64,000 bases of DNA. Source: Eledone cirrhosa (Eukaryota). Below, in pieces: positions 1 through 12,790 of the stretch; positions within the stretch are counted from its first letter, which is position 1; each line of letters starts with the position of its first letter. Location of the stretch: positions 30,008,001-30,072,000 of the forward strand of contig OZ024750.1 in NCBI GenBank assembly GCA_964016885.1, given 5' to 3'. The notes beneath the pieces are model-generated. The model searched no databases and was not told where the DNA came from. It saw only the letters and a program-made list of their open reading frames with translations. The position numbers and the translations under genes are program-made.

Positions 1-469
1 AGTATCAAAAAGGTTAAGCTGTTGTTTGGAACATAACTTAACAAAGGTTCTTACATAAAATTATGTTTGTAAATAAGTTAAATACTTTAACCTTCCATGA
101 AAGATGGAACCCAAGAGAGCAGATAAATATTTAGTCAACATAATCCTTTATATCCATATAGACATCTGTTCCAAAGCTGGGTCACTTTAGTGTATTATAA
201 CACTGTGGTTAGCTGAGGAAATCTACCAAGATAGCTTATTTTGGGAATCAGAGGAAGGAGAAACGAATCTCTTTCTCCCCCCTCCTATATATATATATTG
301 GACTAGGGACCCTATCATTAAAACATCCAAGAAACCTCCCATGTGATGGAAACTCATATGAGGCTAGCTAAACGTACATAGGTGTGAGCTTATAAGATTC
401 ATTTTTCCTCTCTCTCTCTATCTCTCTCTCTCTCTCTCTCTCATATCTATATATATATATATAAAAGCA

Positions 470-747
470 AAGAGATATTTAATTTGTTGGTAATTCCACA
501 AATATATTTATAACAGATTCGAAGCACTTGACAGGTTTTCTGGAGTATAATATCAATGATATTAATAAATGGAAACAGTACCTGAACTGTTAAGGTCTGA
601 TTCCTGGGTATGTCACTATTTATGAAACAAATTGTATATTTTATCTGATGAGTAGCGTACCAAAGTTTTGGTACCCTTGAAATAAATATAATAGAATAAA
701 TATGGTTTTATAAATATAGTTTCCATTTATTAATATCATTGATATAT
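470..747. mobile_element. Miniature Penelope-like fold-back remnant related to the 57-61 kb element
   Basis: ~470-576 is the reverse complement of sequence similar to 61010-61115; ~630-740 resembles 60917-61030; 551-576 is inverted relative to 719-745; TA tracts adjacent. Confidence 0.7.
637..698 (+). ncRNA. Type I hammerhead ribozyme fold (degenerate stem II base)
   Basis: TATTTTAT-CTGATGA-[GTACCAA/TTGGTAC hairpin]-GAAA-TAAATA-TA-ATAGAATA; stem I pairs 8/8 with one G-U. Confidence 0.65.
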
Positions 748-1583
748 ATCATCATTTCATCATTTCATTTTACGTCCGCTTTTCCCTGCTTGCAAGGGTG
801 GGATGGGAACTGATTATGGCTTGATTTCTACAGCTGGATGCCCTTCCTAACACCAACCTCATTTACAGTGAGTGATGGGTGCTTTTTTGACGTGGCACCT
901 CCACGACCACTTTGCAGTGGAATGATAGGGACCCTAGTCCCTATCATCTCATTTCTACAGCTGAGTAAACTGGAGCAATGTGAAATAAAGTGTCTTGCTG
1001 AAGGAAACAACACATCACCCGGTCTGCTGAGAATTGAACTCACAACCTTTCGATTGCAAGGCCAATGCTCTAACCACTAAGCCATGTGCCTCCATATATA
1101 TATAGAGAGAGAGAAAGAGATGAAATTGGAAATTGCACGGAAAATATGGATGTTTTTCTCTTTTTTTTTTTTTCCTTTCTTTGATTTGTCAAGGTGATAT
1201 TGAAAAGTTGAGAGGGACAATTCTTTTAAAAAAGAGTTTTATAATGTCTATAGAATATAACTCGTTTTGATGTATTAGTAAAATCCATCTTATGAAATGT
1301 TGAGTATTGCATTTAAAAAGAATTAATAAGAATTAAAAATTAAGTGTTGAGGCAAGTTTTTTCATCTTTTCTTGTTGAGAAGACTGATATATTCATTCAT
1401 TTATTATGGCTAAGTAGTGAACCTTGTTACTCTGGAGTTTCACCTGTACACTCACTGGATTATTGTCCGGCCGTCAGGGGTCCACACAGAACAACATATT
1501 GTGTAGAAGTTAATAAAGTGTCTTTCTGAAAGCTTGTCATCCCTATGTAACCTTTCACTTCAACTCTGTTTTACTTTCTCTAG

Positions 1584-1662
1584 GGTATTATTGTGAAACT
1601 TGACGAAAATGATGAACTCGTTGTGTCCAGAATTATGACTGGCAGCTTAATTGCTAAACAAG
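1584..1662 (+). CDS. MPP6: MAGUK p55-subfamily (MPP2/MPP6/PALS2-like) coding exon, PDZ domain; upstream exons not found in window
   Basis: tag|GGT...CAAG|gtaag; translates GIIVKLDENDELVVSRIMTGSLIAKQ(G), matching PDZ beta-B/beta-C; phase 1 joins next exon. Symbol indicates the closest subfamily only. Confidence 0.85.
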
Positions 1663-2489
1663 GTAAGTTGTTATATTTTGGGAATTTTCTTTTTTAATCT
1701 GAGAACTATCTGATGGGCATCTACATAGTTTCTGTCTACCAAAGATGTCACTCAATTGGGATTGAACCTGGGATCTCATGATTGTGAAGCTAACTTCTTA
1801 ACACTTAACCATGCATCTATCTGATCTTCCATCCCCATAAACTTCACCAATCTAGATATAAATTTCTGTGATTCTGTCACAACACTTAGAAAGGAGTAGT
1901 TTGACTACCTCATACTATTCCTCTTTCTTTGTCTGCTGCCTGCATGAATGTGTATGTGTGTAAATGGAAGGTAAGGGATGGTGAAAAAACTAGTGTGTGT
2001 ATGTGTTTGTGTAAATGTATGTGTGAATGTATGTTTGTGAGTCTGTTTGCCTGTTTATATTTATATATTCATACATAAAAATGTATGCACACACACCACA
2101 TTCACACACACACCACACACCACACGCGTCAGCATATGCAAAAAAAATTTAGTTTTATAAATTTGCTAAGTTTAGTAATATAATATTTATCTAGAAAATA
2201 TAACAGTAACAACAAGCATATTAAGACCATTTCTCTTGCAAAATTAGGGATTAGCATTGTTAGTCCCATGATGGACTTGATACTTGTCATGGGGTCATTT
2301 ATGAGGCAATGTTTTATAGTTAGATTCCCTTCCTGGGGTCAAGCTTTTTATTGTACTTAATTCTAAACTGGATGTACACAGCAAGCCTCATACACATCAT
2401 GTGGTACTTTTTGAAGCTATGATTTACAACCAGCCACCTTTCACAACCACCAGGGATAAAGTGTACCTGTTCTAAATTAGCTATCTGTT

Positions 2490-2790
2490 GCATGTGTTGG
2501 TATGAACATGTCCTCTGCTTTCCACCAGATCATCCTACCAGGGCCTTACTCTCGAATGATTCAGTGGCTGCAGGCTGGAAGAGGCCACATGGCAGGCCCT
2601 GTATCAAATGGCTGGATGTCATCAAGGAAGGTCTCTGGAGGCTCGACATCACCTTGGAGGGTGCAGAGGAGCTGGCAAGAGACTGCCAGTGATGGAGGGT
2701 GCTGGTGGACCTTGTTGGGTCTATGCAATACGATGCTTCTGGGATCGCTGGCTTAGGATGACCCTGGCCTCATCAAGCAAGAACAAGAAG
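2490..2790 (+). mobile_element. RTE-clade LINE 3' fragment
   Basis: WYEHVLCFPPDHPTRALL...WKRPHGRPCIKWLDVIK resembles the RTE ORF C-terminus (W.GH..R...GRP...W). Confidence 0.75.
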
Positions 2791-3119
2791 TAGTTCTTAA
2801 CTAGGCAAATTGGCAGAGCTATTAGAATATGGGTAAGAATGCTTTGTGGTATTCGTCCCATCTGTCTGCTTAAATCTTTGAATACTCTGAATTCAAAACC
2901 CACTACGGTCAACTTTACCTTTCATCCTGTTGAGGTCAATAAAAAAAAGTACCAGTCTGGTACTGGGATCGATTTCTTTTTTTTTTTTTTTTTTTTTTTT
3001 TTTCTTCCCTCTATATCACTTTCTCATTTTTTCTATCCTTCTCTGGAAGAAATCCACTGTGTTCAGACCTAAAGAAGATTGGGCTTGACCAGTCATAAAA
3101 AAGGCCCAAGAAATACCAT

Positions 3120-3350
3120 ATGTCCTTACTACACCCCCAGGACAACTCCATCAGGAGTTATGGGACCATACTATACCACCTTATGCCATTACGACTCCAT
3201 TAGGATTTATGAGACGATGCCATACTATATTACTTTATGCCACTACAACACCCCCACGACTCTATTAGGAGTTAGGAGACCATACTATACCACCTTATGC
3301 CACTACGCCACCCCCACGACTCCATTAGGAGTTACGAGACCATACCATCA
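3120..3350. repeat. Degenerate tandem repeat of roughly 50-60 bp, about 4 copies
   Basis: Recurring accccacgactccattaggagttacgagaccatactataccaccttatgccactac. Confidence 0.7.
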
Positions 3351-3786
3351 TTCTAAATTAGATACGCACAGAGGATATATTTATATCTATATCTATGAAA
3401 GATATATTAGAAATTTACACTTACAAACATCAGTTTAGTTTACAGAGATAACATCTGTATAAAAATAGTTAAAATAGTGAACACATCATTTTTTTTTTTT
3501 TTAAATCTATTTATTCCCAACTTTCAACATGGGAGACGTTATCATAAATAATCATAGTTTTATCTCTCTAGTTTCCTTGTCATTTCATGATAATCATGAT
3601 TAAGTTATCTTAGGCTAAACTTTGAAGTGCTTCCAAAGACAAAATTACTTCGTAAGACTCTTTTTATTAGGTTTTATTCTTTTACTCTTTGAATAAGAAC
3701 TTTGCCTCGAAGTCTCATGAGCTTATATCTTATTTTACACATTTCATTATCAAGCTGACTACTGTATTTTCAGGATATATATATAA

Positions 3787-4273
3787 TCTATATATAAAAC
3801 TGAGGATGTCTGTCTGTCTGTGTGTGTCTGTGAGTTTGAATCCCTAAAACTCGAGAAGTACCCAACCGATTTTTTTCAAACTTTACATGTGTATTACTTG
3901 TTTCAGGGAGTGTTATGCACATAAAAATTCAACTTTTTGATCCCATAGGGCCCGCATTAGGTGAAAAACTTCATTTTTTCAGCTTTTTAGGGCTCTTTTG
4001 AGGCATTACGTCTAGCCGATTTTCCCGGAATTTCAAGGCATATTATGCACATAAAAAAAATTCATTTTCTTGATCCTCTAGGGCCCGCATTAGGTGAAAA
4101 CCTGCATTTTTCCTGCTTCATCGAGGAAAATCTTAAAGATTATCCAGCCATCAGAGTATTCGGTTTATTTTCTTTACATATTGTCCAGGCATGCAGTTTT
4201 TCCACGATTAGGTCTGTTGACGGCCCGCATTCGAAAATACCTTATCTCGTGCAACGGTGGGTACCACTGCTAG
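3787..4273 (+). mobile_element. Non-autonomous Helitron-like element
   Basis: 5' TC (a|tctatatataaaac), gtct microsatellite near 5' end, 3' ...gtgcaacggtgggtaccactgCTAG|t; inserted between A and T with no TSD. Confidence 0.75.
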
Positions 4274-4276
4274 TTT

Positions 4277-4389
4277 AATATAAAAATGACTTTTATAGAG
4301 CTAGAAGTGTTTCATTCGAAAGAAATCATCCCTGATGATTTTTTTTCAAATGAAACATTTCTAGCCCTGTAGAAGCCATTTCTATATTA
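4277..4389. mobile_element. Hairpin/MITE-like imperfect palindrome
   Basis: taatataaaaatgacttttatagagctagaagtgtttcatt pairs with aatgaaacatttctagccctgtagaagccatttctatatta. Confidence 0.65.
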
Positions 4390-4730
4390 AATTTGATGTT
4401 TGCACTCTACAAGCAAAGTATGAAGTACCTTACGTACTGTGGTTACCCCCGATTGAACACAGGACTCTCTCTCTCTCACACATGTGAAGGTGCATGGGTT
4501 AGTGTCAGGCTTACAAACGTGATGTTGGGAGGTCGATTCCTGGACAGCGCTGTGTATTGTGTTCTTGAGCAAGATACTTTTTCACATTGCTCCAGTTACT
4601 CAACTGTAGAAATGAGTTGCAACATCACTGGTGCCAACATCGGTGGCATGGAGAGGAGACCATGGAACTCACAGTAAGGACCCTTGTTTTAGTGGGAAAA
4701 ATTGCCTTAAGATACTTGTATTGTGTTTAA

Positions 4731-4947
4731 CCCTTTAGCATTTACATTACTCTATATATATTATTGTACTTTCATGGTGAACATTGATCTCATCTAATTA
4801 TCTCACATAATTCGAATCTATGAGATTTTGACATTATTTATTTTGAGAACAATACCTTAACATGAGTATGATCAGCAGGTTATGGCTGGTTTCATTAGAA
4901 AGAGGTGAGAATTCTGGCCGGATATAGCTGGTTTAAATGCTAAAGGG
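4731..4947. mobile_element. piggyBac-type MITE
   Basis: TTAA|CCCTTTAGCATTTA ... TAAATGCTAAAGGG|TTAA; same family at 30535, 38458, 39299 and 40626. Confidence 0.85.
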
Positions 4948-5361
4948 TTAAGTTTTAAATATTATTTGGTGGATTGGCATTAGAATTGGTGGAGTGTCAG
5001 ACAACTTACTTTCTGGCATAGTTAAGTTCCTTTATGATCTAAGTTCCAATCCTCCTGAGGTTAGCTTTGCCTTTCATCCTTAAGGGGTTGATAGAATAAA
5101 GTAGCAGTAATGTACTGGGATCAATTTAATCGACTTTCCCCTCCCCCAAAATTGTTGACCTTGTGCCTAAATCAGAAACAATTATATTTATAGTTCTTAA
5201 TTTAGACAGAAACTGTTGTGAGCTGCCATTTAGTATAATGGTTAACACACTTGGCCAGAGTTCTTTCTATCCCTAGGGGTGCTTTACCCAATTTTCTAAG
5301 GCTATTATCGTTGTAGTGATTATCTGTTTAGATTTCTAGATTTTCATATTCTTTTAACCTT

Positions 5362-5522
5362 TTCAGTGCCATAGACGAGATAACTCATCTTAATATGTTT
5401 GCATTTCAGTGCCATGGATGAGATAACTCATCTTAATATGTTTGCATTTCAGTGCCATAGACGAGATAACTCATCTTAATATGTTTGCATTTCAGTGCCA
5501 TGGATGAGATAACTCGTCCTAA
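5362..5522. repeat. Tandem repeat, ~43-bp unit x4
   Basis: ttcagtgccat(a/g)ga(c/t)gagataactcatcttaatatgtttgcat repeated. Confidence 0.85.
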
Positions 5523-6482
5523 CACATTTGAACTCTTTTCCAACAGTTCATAACTTCAAAGTTATGATCTCAGTTTCCAACAGTTCATAATTTCAAAGCT
5601 AGATGGTGGTACTAGTTTATTGATGTGACGTTTGTCAATCATTCAGATATGTGTTGTTAATAAATGTTTGTTTAAAAAAAATAGTAATTTTACTGAAAAA
5701 AAAACCCAGCACAGCAACTGTAGTTGTGTAAAATATACATGGCAGTCAACTGGTTAATATCAATGAATGAGCATGTATGCAAAATGTCTATAGTGACTGG
5801 TTGGTGGAAAGAGACCTTGACAGTCATTTGTATATGTTAGTAAAATCACCTATTAGACAACAGCATGTTATGTAAGAAGTAGATTTATTGAAGACTTTTT
5901 ATGGTCTGGTCAGGTCAGGCTAGTGGTACCATGTAATCCAGTGCAATCTACTTCATGGTTGACTGGTTGGCAACTAATTTGGCTCCCTCACCAGACCCTG
6001 GTCTGGTGAGGAAGTAATTGGAACTGCAGCAGCACAAAAAAAAAACATAAGCTGTTAAAAGGGTAGCTGAGCTCTTCTGAGTCAATGGCCACCCAACCCA
6101 ACAATGGGTTAAATAGCCTCGCCGACCTGCAATTGGCCAAGCATGGTGAGTATAGCTATACCCCTGACCTGACCAAACCCAAACAGAAAGTCAACAAGAG
6201 TGAGAAGGCCCAGGATTGGATTGTTTGATTATTGAAATATTGGCTGATGTTGGGTTGGTAGATGGTTGAAGAAGAGCCTGACAGTGTGCCTTGGTGACCC
6301 ATCTGAATATTGATCACTGACTCTTCCAGTCAATCTGTTAGGTGTCCCTACACACACTATGGTGTTGCCATTCCTGATGTTTTGTGCTCAGTTGAATGTA
6401 CCTGTCCTTATCTAAGATTATGGTTTATTACGACTTGGCTTCTCTGTCACACTAATGTAGACCCTGACAAAGTTGTCTGTTT

Positions 6483-6800
6483 ATAATAATAATAATGAAA
6501 ATTGTGTACACTGCTTAGGTGCACTACAACTCATCAAAGGTGCATCTATAGTACATAGAATAATGTACAAATATCAGGAAAGTGAACAGTGTATGTATCA
6601 TGATGATATACACACAGATATGTGTGCATGTATATGAAGGGGAAATATCAAGAGTAATGTTGGCGAATTTCAGGAAGCATGGAAGTTTTTAAGGATGCAG
6701 TGTCCCAACAGCTAACAACTGATGCAGGTAGTTTGTTCCATGCTTCAGCAACTCTGACATAAAAAAATGTTTCTGAAAGTCATGGGAACTGTGCTGTTAA
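6483..6800 (-). mobile_element. CR1-like LINE 3' end
   Basis: Homologous to 28780-29210; (AAT)n tail on + strand. A shorter copy lies at ~24670-24840. Confidence 0.7.
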
Positions 6801-6901
6801 ATAAGGGATAGATTTATTGGAATATTGGGTGGTGTTAGGTAGATGCTGGAATGAGGCCTTGAAAAACTTGCCTACTTATAACCTTGAAGGTTCTTCTATT
6901 G

Positions 6902-7136
6902 CAGTGGTCACCATTTTTTGGACATCATAGACCACTAAATTCATAATTTTAAATCCCGCAGACCACTAATATGAAATTTTTTAAAAAGATTATTAATGAA
7001 ATGCACCTATTAAAACATTCTTTAAGGGGTTATAAAATATATTTTAACTGAATATTATTTTTGTTTTATTATTAATAAAACATAAAAATTACAAATGTCC
7101 AAATTTTTCTCATGGACCACCGGTTGGTGACCACTG
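6902..7136. mobile_element. hAT-type MITE
   Basis: TIR CAGTGGTCACCA/TGGTGACCACTG with perfect 8-bp TSD TTCTATTG (6894-6901, 7137-7144). Confidence 0.9.
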
Positions 7137-7216
7137 TTCTATTGAGCTAATGATGGTAAAAATATAAATATATCAGGTGTGAATTGTAAAATGACCATTT
7201 TGTTGTATATTTCTAG

Positions 7217-7365
7217 GTCTTTTACAGGAAGGTGATATTATTAAAGAGTTTAACGGAGTTGAGGTCCATACACCATCCCAGCTTATGGATAATATTAAAA
7301 ATGCTGATGAGGATATTTTTCTGACTATCGTACCAAACATGCAACGACAGTCTTTTCATGAAAGT
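7217..7365 (+). CDS. MPP6: MAGUK p55 exon, PDZ C-terminal half
   Basis: ctag|GT...AGT|gtaag; (G)LLQEGDIIKEFNGVEVHTPSQLMDNIKNADEDIFLTIVPNMQRQSFHES. Confidence 0.9.
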
Positions 7366-7687
7366 GTAAGTATATAGAACCAATTTATCTTTTCATTAGA
7401 ATCTGACAGTCTGCAAAAGGTTTTGACATTTTTCTCCCAAATACCTGTTTTCTTTTGAAGATTCCATATTCATTTGTTTCATTGATTTTATCGAAAGGTC
7501 ACATTGAAAGTAACTCAGTCTAATCTTTCTAGAAACTTAGTTTTTCTCTGTAAAATGTTTTTCCACATAAGAAATACGTTATCTTTCTTTAACCCTTTTC
7601 TAATACCGTATTTCTAATAAAAAAGGGGTTGCCTGGAAATTTACAAATGGGAGAGAAAAGAATTGAGTTCTTTAAAGCTAGAGCTTT

Positions 7688-8428
7688 ATAGTATCAGAGC
7701 TGTGATCTTTCAAATCAGAAATTCTTTTCTGAAACATTCTAACCACATGCCCCATAGTATCAGAGCTCTGATCTCTGAATTCAGAGATTCTTTCTGGAAA
7801 CATTCTAACCACATACCCATAGTATCAGAGCTGTGATCTCTAAATTTAGAGATTCTTTCCTGAGTCATTCTAACCACATGCCCATAGTATCAGAGCTGTG
7901 ATCTCGCTCTTCAGAAATTCTTTCTGGAAACATTCTAACCTCATGCCTGTAATATCAGAGTTGTGATCTTTAAATTCAGAAATTCTTTCCTGAAACATTC
8001 TAACCACATGCCCATAGTATCGGAGCTGTGATCTCTAAATTCAGAGATTCTTTCTGGAGACATCGTAACTAGATGCCTGTAATTTCGGAGCTGTGATCTC
8101 TAAATTCAGAGATTCTTTCTGGAGACATCCTAACTACATGCCTGTAATTTCGGAGCTGTGATCTCTAAATTCAGAGATTCTTTCTGGAGACATCCTAACT
8201 ACATGCCTGTAATTTCGGAGCTGTGATCTCTAAATTCAGAGATTCTTTCTGGAGACATCCTAACTACATGCCTGTAATTTCGGAGCTGTGATCTCTAAAT
8301 TCAGAGATTCTTTCTGGAGACATCCTAACTACATGCCTGTAATTTCGGAGCTGTGATCTCTAAATTCAGAGATTCTTTCTGGAGACATCCTAACTACATG
8401 CCTGTAATATCAGAGCTCTGATCTCTCA
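7688..8428. repeat. 60-bp minisatellite, about 12 copies
   Basis: gagctgtgatctctaaattcagagattctttctggagacatcctaactacatgcctgtaatttcg; 3' copies are identical, 5' copies diverged. Confidence 0.95.
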
Positions 8429-8530
8429 ATTCCATTTTTCATATATTTATAATTTAACTGAGATTTTCTTCTAAAAATGTTGAGTTGTATTCTTTCATTT
8501 TTGTTTCATTTCATTTGTTTCAATTCTTAG

Positions 8531-8662
8531 TTGTTTATCAAAACCCATTTTAATTATGATCCAACACGAGATCGACTGATACCTTGTAAAGAAGCAGGAT
8601 TATCATTTAAAGATGGAGATATCTTGGAGATTTTGTGCCAGAATGATGCTAACTGGTGGCAG
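8531..8662 (+). CDS. MPP6: MAGUK p55 exon, SH3 domain
   Basis: ttag|TTG...CAG|gtaag; [44 protein letters not shown], the MPP-type SH3 signature. Confidence 0.95.
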
Positions 8663-8684
8663 GTAAGCTAAGAACCACTTTAAA

Positions 8685-8992
8685 TCATCACCACCACCTC
8701 ATTGTCGCCATCACCACCAACCACCACCACCACCAACCACCATCACCATTACCTTCACCATCATCACCATTACCACCATCACCATTACCACCATCACTAA
8801 CCACCCACCACCATCACTAACCTCCACCACCATCACTAACCATTACCACCACCACCACCACCACCATCACCACCCTTACCACCACCATCACCACCCTTAC
8901 CACCACCAACACCATTACCACCACCAACACCACCACCAACACCACCACCAACCCCACCCCCAATACCGCCACCAACAACCACCACTGCCATC
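8685..8992. repeat. (ACC/ATC)n low-complexity tract
   Basis: Direct reading. Confidence 0.9.
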
Positions 8993-9144
8993 ATTGTCCT
9001 CGTTATACGTCTGCGTCTGTTTTCTATGTTAACATGGGTTGGATGAGTTATCATAGTCTGAGTCTAGACTGGTCAGAGAATCATATTTTACTCATATATT
9101 CTATTTGGACATAGTTTGTATGGTTGGATGCCTTTGCTAGCGCC

Positions 9145-9472
9145 AGCCACTTTACAGAGTGTACTGGGTGTATTTTATCATGGCACCAGTACTACCACAT
9201 TAGTGTATTGGTTGTGTTTTATCATGGCACCACCGCTATCACTTTACAGGGTGTACTGAGTGTATTTTATTGTGGCACCAGCACTACCACCTTACAGCCT
9301 GTACTGGGAGCATTTTATCAGGGCACCAGCACTACCATCTTATAGTGACTATTGGGGGCATTTTATCAGGGTACCAGCACTACCACCTTACAGTGACTAT
9401 TGGGGGCATTTTATCATGGCACCAGCACTACCACCTTACATTGACTATTCGAGGCATTTTATCTTGGCACCA
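9145..9472. repeat. Degenerate ~48-bp tandem repeat in the 3' part of a dispersed repeat
   Basis: cattttatcatggcaccagcactaccaccttacagtgactattggggg units; related arrays at ~29290-29560 and ~36925-37280. Confidence 0.8.
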
Positions 9473-11008
9473 GATAAATGACTTTTTATCTAACAGTGTT
9501 AGATATAAAGTAATTAAATATAATTTAATGATCTCTGATTATTTTGTAGAGACAATACTAAATAAAGAGGTAACAAGTTAAAATATTACAACTAAAACGT
9601 AACAGAAATTTAAATTCAGTAAAACATGACTAAAAGTATTAATAAGGCCATTCTAAAATGATTGTCTTATCTGAAAGTTCTCTCCCTTCCCATAGAAATT
9701 AAGACAGCCATTAAAATCGAGCTTGAAAGATTGAATTTTGTTCTAATATCCATTGAATGATATTGAGTCTGTGGTTGAGTGGTTAATAAGTTCACTTAAC
9801 AATTATGAAGTCAAGTATTCGATTTTACTGCATGTCATTTTGGGCAAGTGTTTTTTATCATCATAGTTTCATATCAGTCCAAGTACTGGACTTACCTATA
9901 ACCGCTGGGGAACAACTGTATTTTTTTTTCTTCTATACGGCAAATTAAATAAATCAATTAATTAGTAACTAATTTGTAACTAATTTAATTTTATAATCAT
10001 TAATAAATAATCGCTTTCACTCTGATTGATCAACAAGATCCCAGACCTCATTCCCTTGCCAAGTGGGGTGGACCTCATCAAATTGGACAAAGGAGACAAT
10101 GTTTCCATTGTTTTTTCCATTGATGATACTATCTACTGGTCACAACTCCTGGCAGAAAGAGCAATGTGAAATAAAATGTCTTGCTCAAGGACACAATGCA
10201 TCTCCAGGTCTGAGAATTGAACTCACAACCTCACAATTGCGAATCCAACTCTCTAACCACTAAGCCACGTACTTTCTAGTAATAAATAATTGTTTCTACT
10301 TTTGGCACAAGGCCAGCAATTATCACAGTGCATTACTGGTACTTTATTTTATCGACCCTGCAAGGATGAAAGGCAAAGTTAACCTAGGCGGGATTTCAAC
10401 TCAGACTGTAAAGGGGTCATAACTCTATGTATAATTATTTAAAAAAATTTTTACCAAAATTTTTTTGGAAAAGGGTCTCAAATTTCATATAGTCTCAAAC
10501 TTAAAGCCTCAGCAGGTGAATGTCTGGCCCTACTACCATAGGACCAGCAAGGATAACCCCTTTCTTTAGCAAGGAAGATGACTTAAAAACTCATGTTTTA
10601 CTGTCTGTAATCTCTCTTCAACTTAAGTCTCATCTTACCAGCTCCACATTATTTTTATTAACTAGACATTTTTCCATACGCTGATGTGTGTGTGTGTGTG
10701 TGTTGTGCATTTGCATGCACATATGTATAAGTATATAAATGTAAATGTGCAAACACATACACACCTTCAAAAATACACATTCACAGACATACATTCATGC
10801 AAACACGCACATACATTCACACACATGTATTTACACACACATACATACATTCACGCAGGCAGCAAACGTAAAGAGAGAGGAGTAGCATGAGGTAATCAAA
10901 CTATTCCTTTCTCTGTACGTGTTGTGACAGAATCGCAGAAATTTATATATAGATGTTTATATTGAAAACTCTTTATAAGTAAAAACATTACTCAATATAT
11001 TTTGTTAG

Positions 11009-11117
11009 GCTCGTAAAGTTGATGGTAAAGGAAGTGCTGGCATTATACCATCCCGTTCTCTTGAAGAAAAGCGGAAGGCATTTGTTTCCCCTGAGTATGA
11101 CACATCAAAGAGTTTCT
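11009..11117 (+). CDS. MPP6: MAGUK p55 exon, end of SH3 and start of HOOK
   Basis: ttag|GCT...TTCT|gtgagt; ARKVDGKGSAGIIPSRSLEEKRKAFVSPEYDTSKSF. Confidence 0.92.
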
Positions 11118-11157
11118 GTGAGTCCTGTTTTGGTATTTTCTTTGTTAATTGTAAATA

Positions 11158-12140
11158 ACTGTTTCGACTTTAGGCACAAGGCCACCAATTAACCAGTGCA
11201 TTACTGGTACTTTATTTTATCGACCCCGTAAGGATGAAAGGTAAAGTTAATTGTAAATAACAAAATGTAGTAACAGTTTCTACTTTGGGCACAAGACCAG
11301 CAATTTGAAAATAAAGGGAAAATTGATTTAATTGATCCTAGGGCATTACTGGTACTTTATTTTATTGACCCAGTAAGGATGAAAGGCAAAGCTAACCTTT
11401 GCAGGATTTGAACTCAGAACGTAAAGGGCCGTAACTCTATGCTGCAAAGCATGTTGTCAGGCTGTCTACCGATACTGCTAATCCCACAGCTCTCAAAATA
11501 ATAATAATAATTGTTTCTACTTTTGGCACAAGGCCAGCAATTACCCAGTGCATTACTGGTACTTTATTTTATCGACCCCGTAAGGATGAAAGGCAAAGTT
11601 AACCTCGGCGGGATTTGAACTCAGAATGGCAAGGGCCGTAACTCTGTGCTACAAAGCATGTTGTCGGGCACTCTACCGACACTAGATCCTCCTCCTATAA
11701 AAATAATAATGATATCAACAACAACATTAATAATAATCCGAGCAATTTGAGGGAAGGAGGCAAATTCGATTATATTAACCCCAGTGTGTTACTGGTACTT
11801 TATTGACCCTGGAAGGCTGAAAGGCCAAGTTGACCTTGGCCGGATTTGAAATCAGAAATTCAAAAATTGTAACTAAATACCACAATGCATGGTGTCCGAC
11901 ACTCTACCAATTCTGCCAATCCACTGCTCTCACAATAATGGTTTCTGATTTAGGCTCAAGGCCAAGATTTTGGAGAGGGGAAAGTCGATTATATCAACCC
12001 CAGTGCATTACTGGTACTTTATTTTATCAACCCTGTAAGGATGAAAAGCAAAGCTAACCTCAGCGGTATTTGAATTCAGAATGTAAAGAGGTATAACTAT
12101 ATGCCACAAAGCATGTTGTCCGACGCTCTACTGATTGCTC
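11158..12140 (-). mobile_element. Cluster of about 5 co-oriented copies/fragments of a tRNA-derived SINE
   Basis: Repeated ggcacaaggccagcaatt..cattactggtactttattttatcgaccccgtaaggatgaaaggcaaagttaacctcggcgggatttgaactcag; reverse strand has B-box GTTCAAATCC and A-box TGGCAGTATCGG-like motifs. Confidence 0.85.
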
Positions 12141-12519
12141 TCAATTCACTAATAACAACGATTTTTTTTATTTGCCATAGGGCTGACATTAAGAAAACAT
12201 TAAAGACAGTACAATGAGGGGTTTGTGTGTAAAAACTGTTTAACAAAAGCAATAAACATGTAAAAGATTTTCAAACAAAAGCAAATTCAAAATGGGTGAG
12301 GGAAGACTTCTGAGGGTCACTCTTGGAGAAAGCCTGCAAAAAGCCATAACCCCCCTGACCTTTAGGGTACATGCCCTCTCAGTTAACCTCAGAACATTCT
12401 ACCCAACATTCTATTGACTGTTATTTTGTCACTTATACCTATTGTACTTGAGAGTATAACTATCAATATCTATCAAATAGATTGAAGTTCTCTTCTGATT
12501 TTGATTCTTGGAAATCAAA

Positions 12520-12790
12520 AGGTGTGGCCTAGTGTTGAACTTAGTCATAATGTTGTTGGTTCGATTCCTGGACTGGGTTGCATGTTTGTGTTCTTGGGGA
12601 AAACACTTCATTTCGTGCTATTCTAGTATACTCTGCTAAAAATGAGTACCAGTAATATCTGGGGGTTTAAACTTGTGATAGAGTGGCATCCTATCCAGGA
12701 AGGAGTCTTGTGCTCTCAGTTGCTTCATGACATGGAAACCAGGATAAGTATTGGTCTGATGAACCTCCACGCTTGAAACAGACTTTTATA
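12520..12790 (+). mobile_element. Second tRNA-derived SINE family copy, seeding the 51-bp array
   Basis: tggcctagtg (A-box-like), ggttcgattcc (B-box), core gtgttcttg..aaaacacttcatttc; related copies at ~30120, 35415, 35925, 39045 and 40960. Confidence 0.75.

Noticed and set aside
12755-12790. CTGATGA...GAAAC in the SINE tail as a hammerhead
   Set aside because: Stem II is not adjacent to GAAA, there is no stem I or stem III with NUH, and the motif is not conserved in other copies (35600, 36160, 41180).
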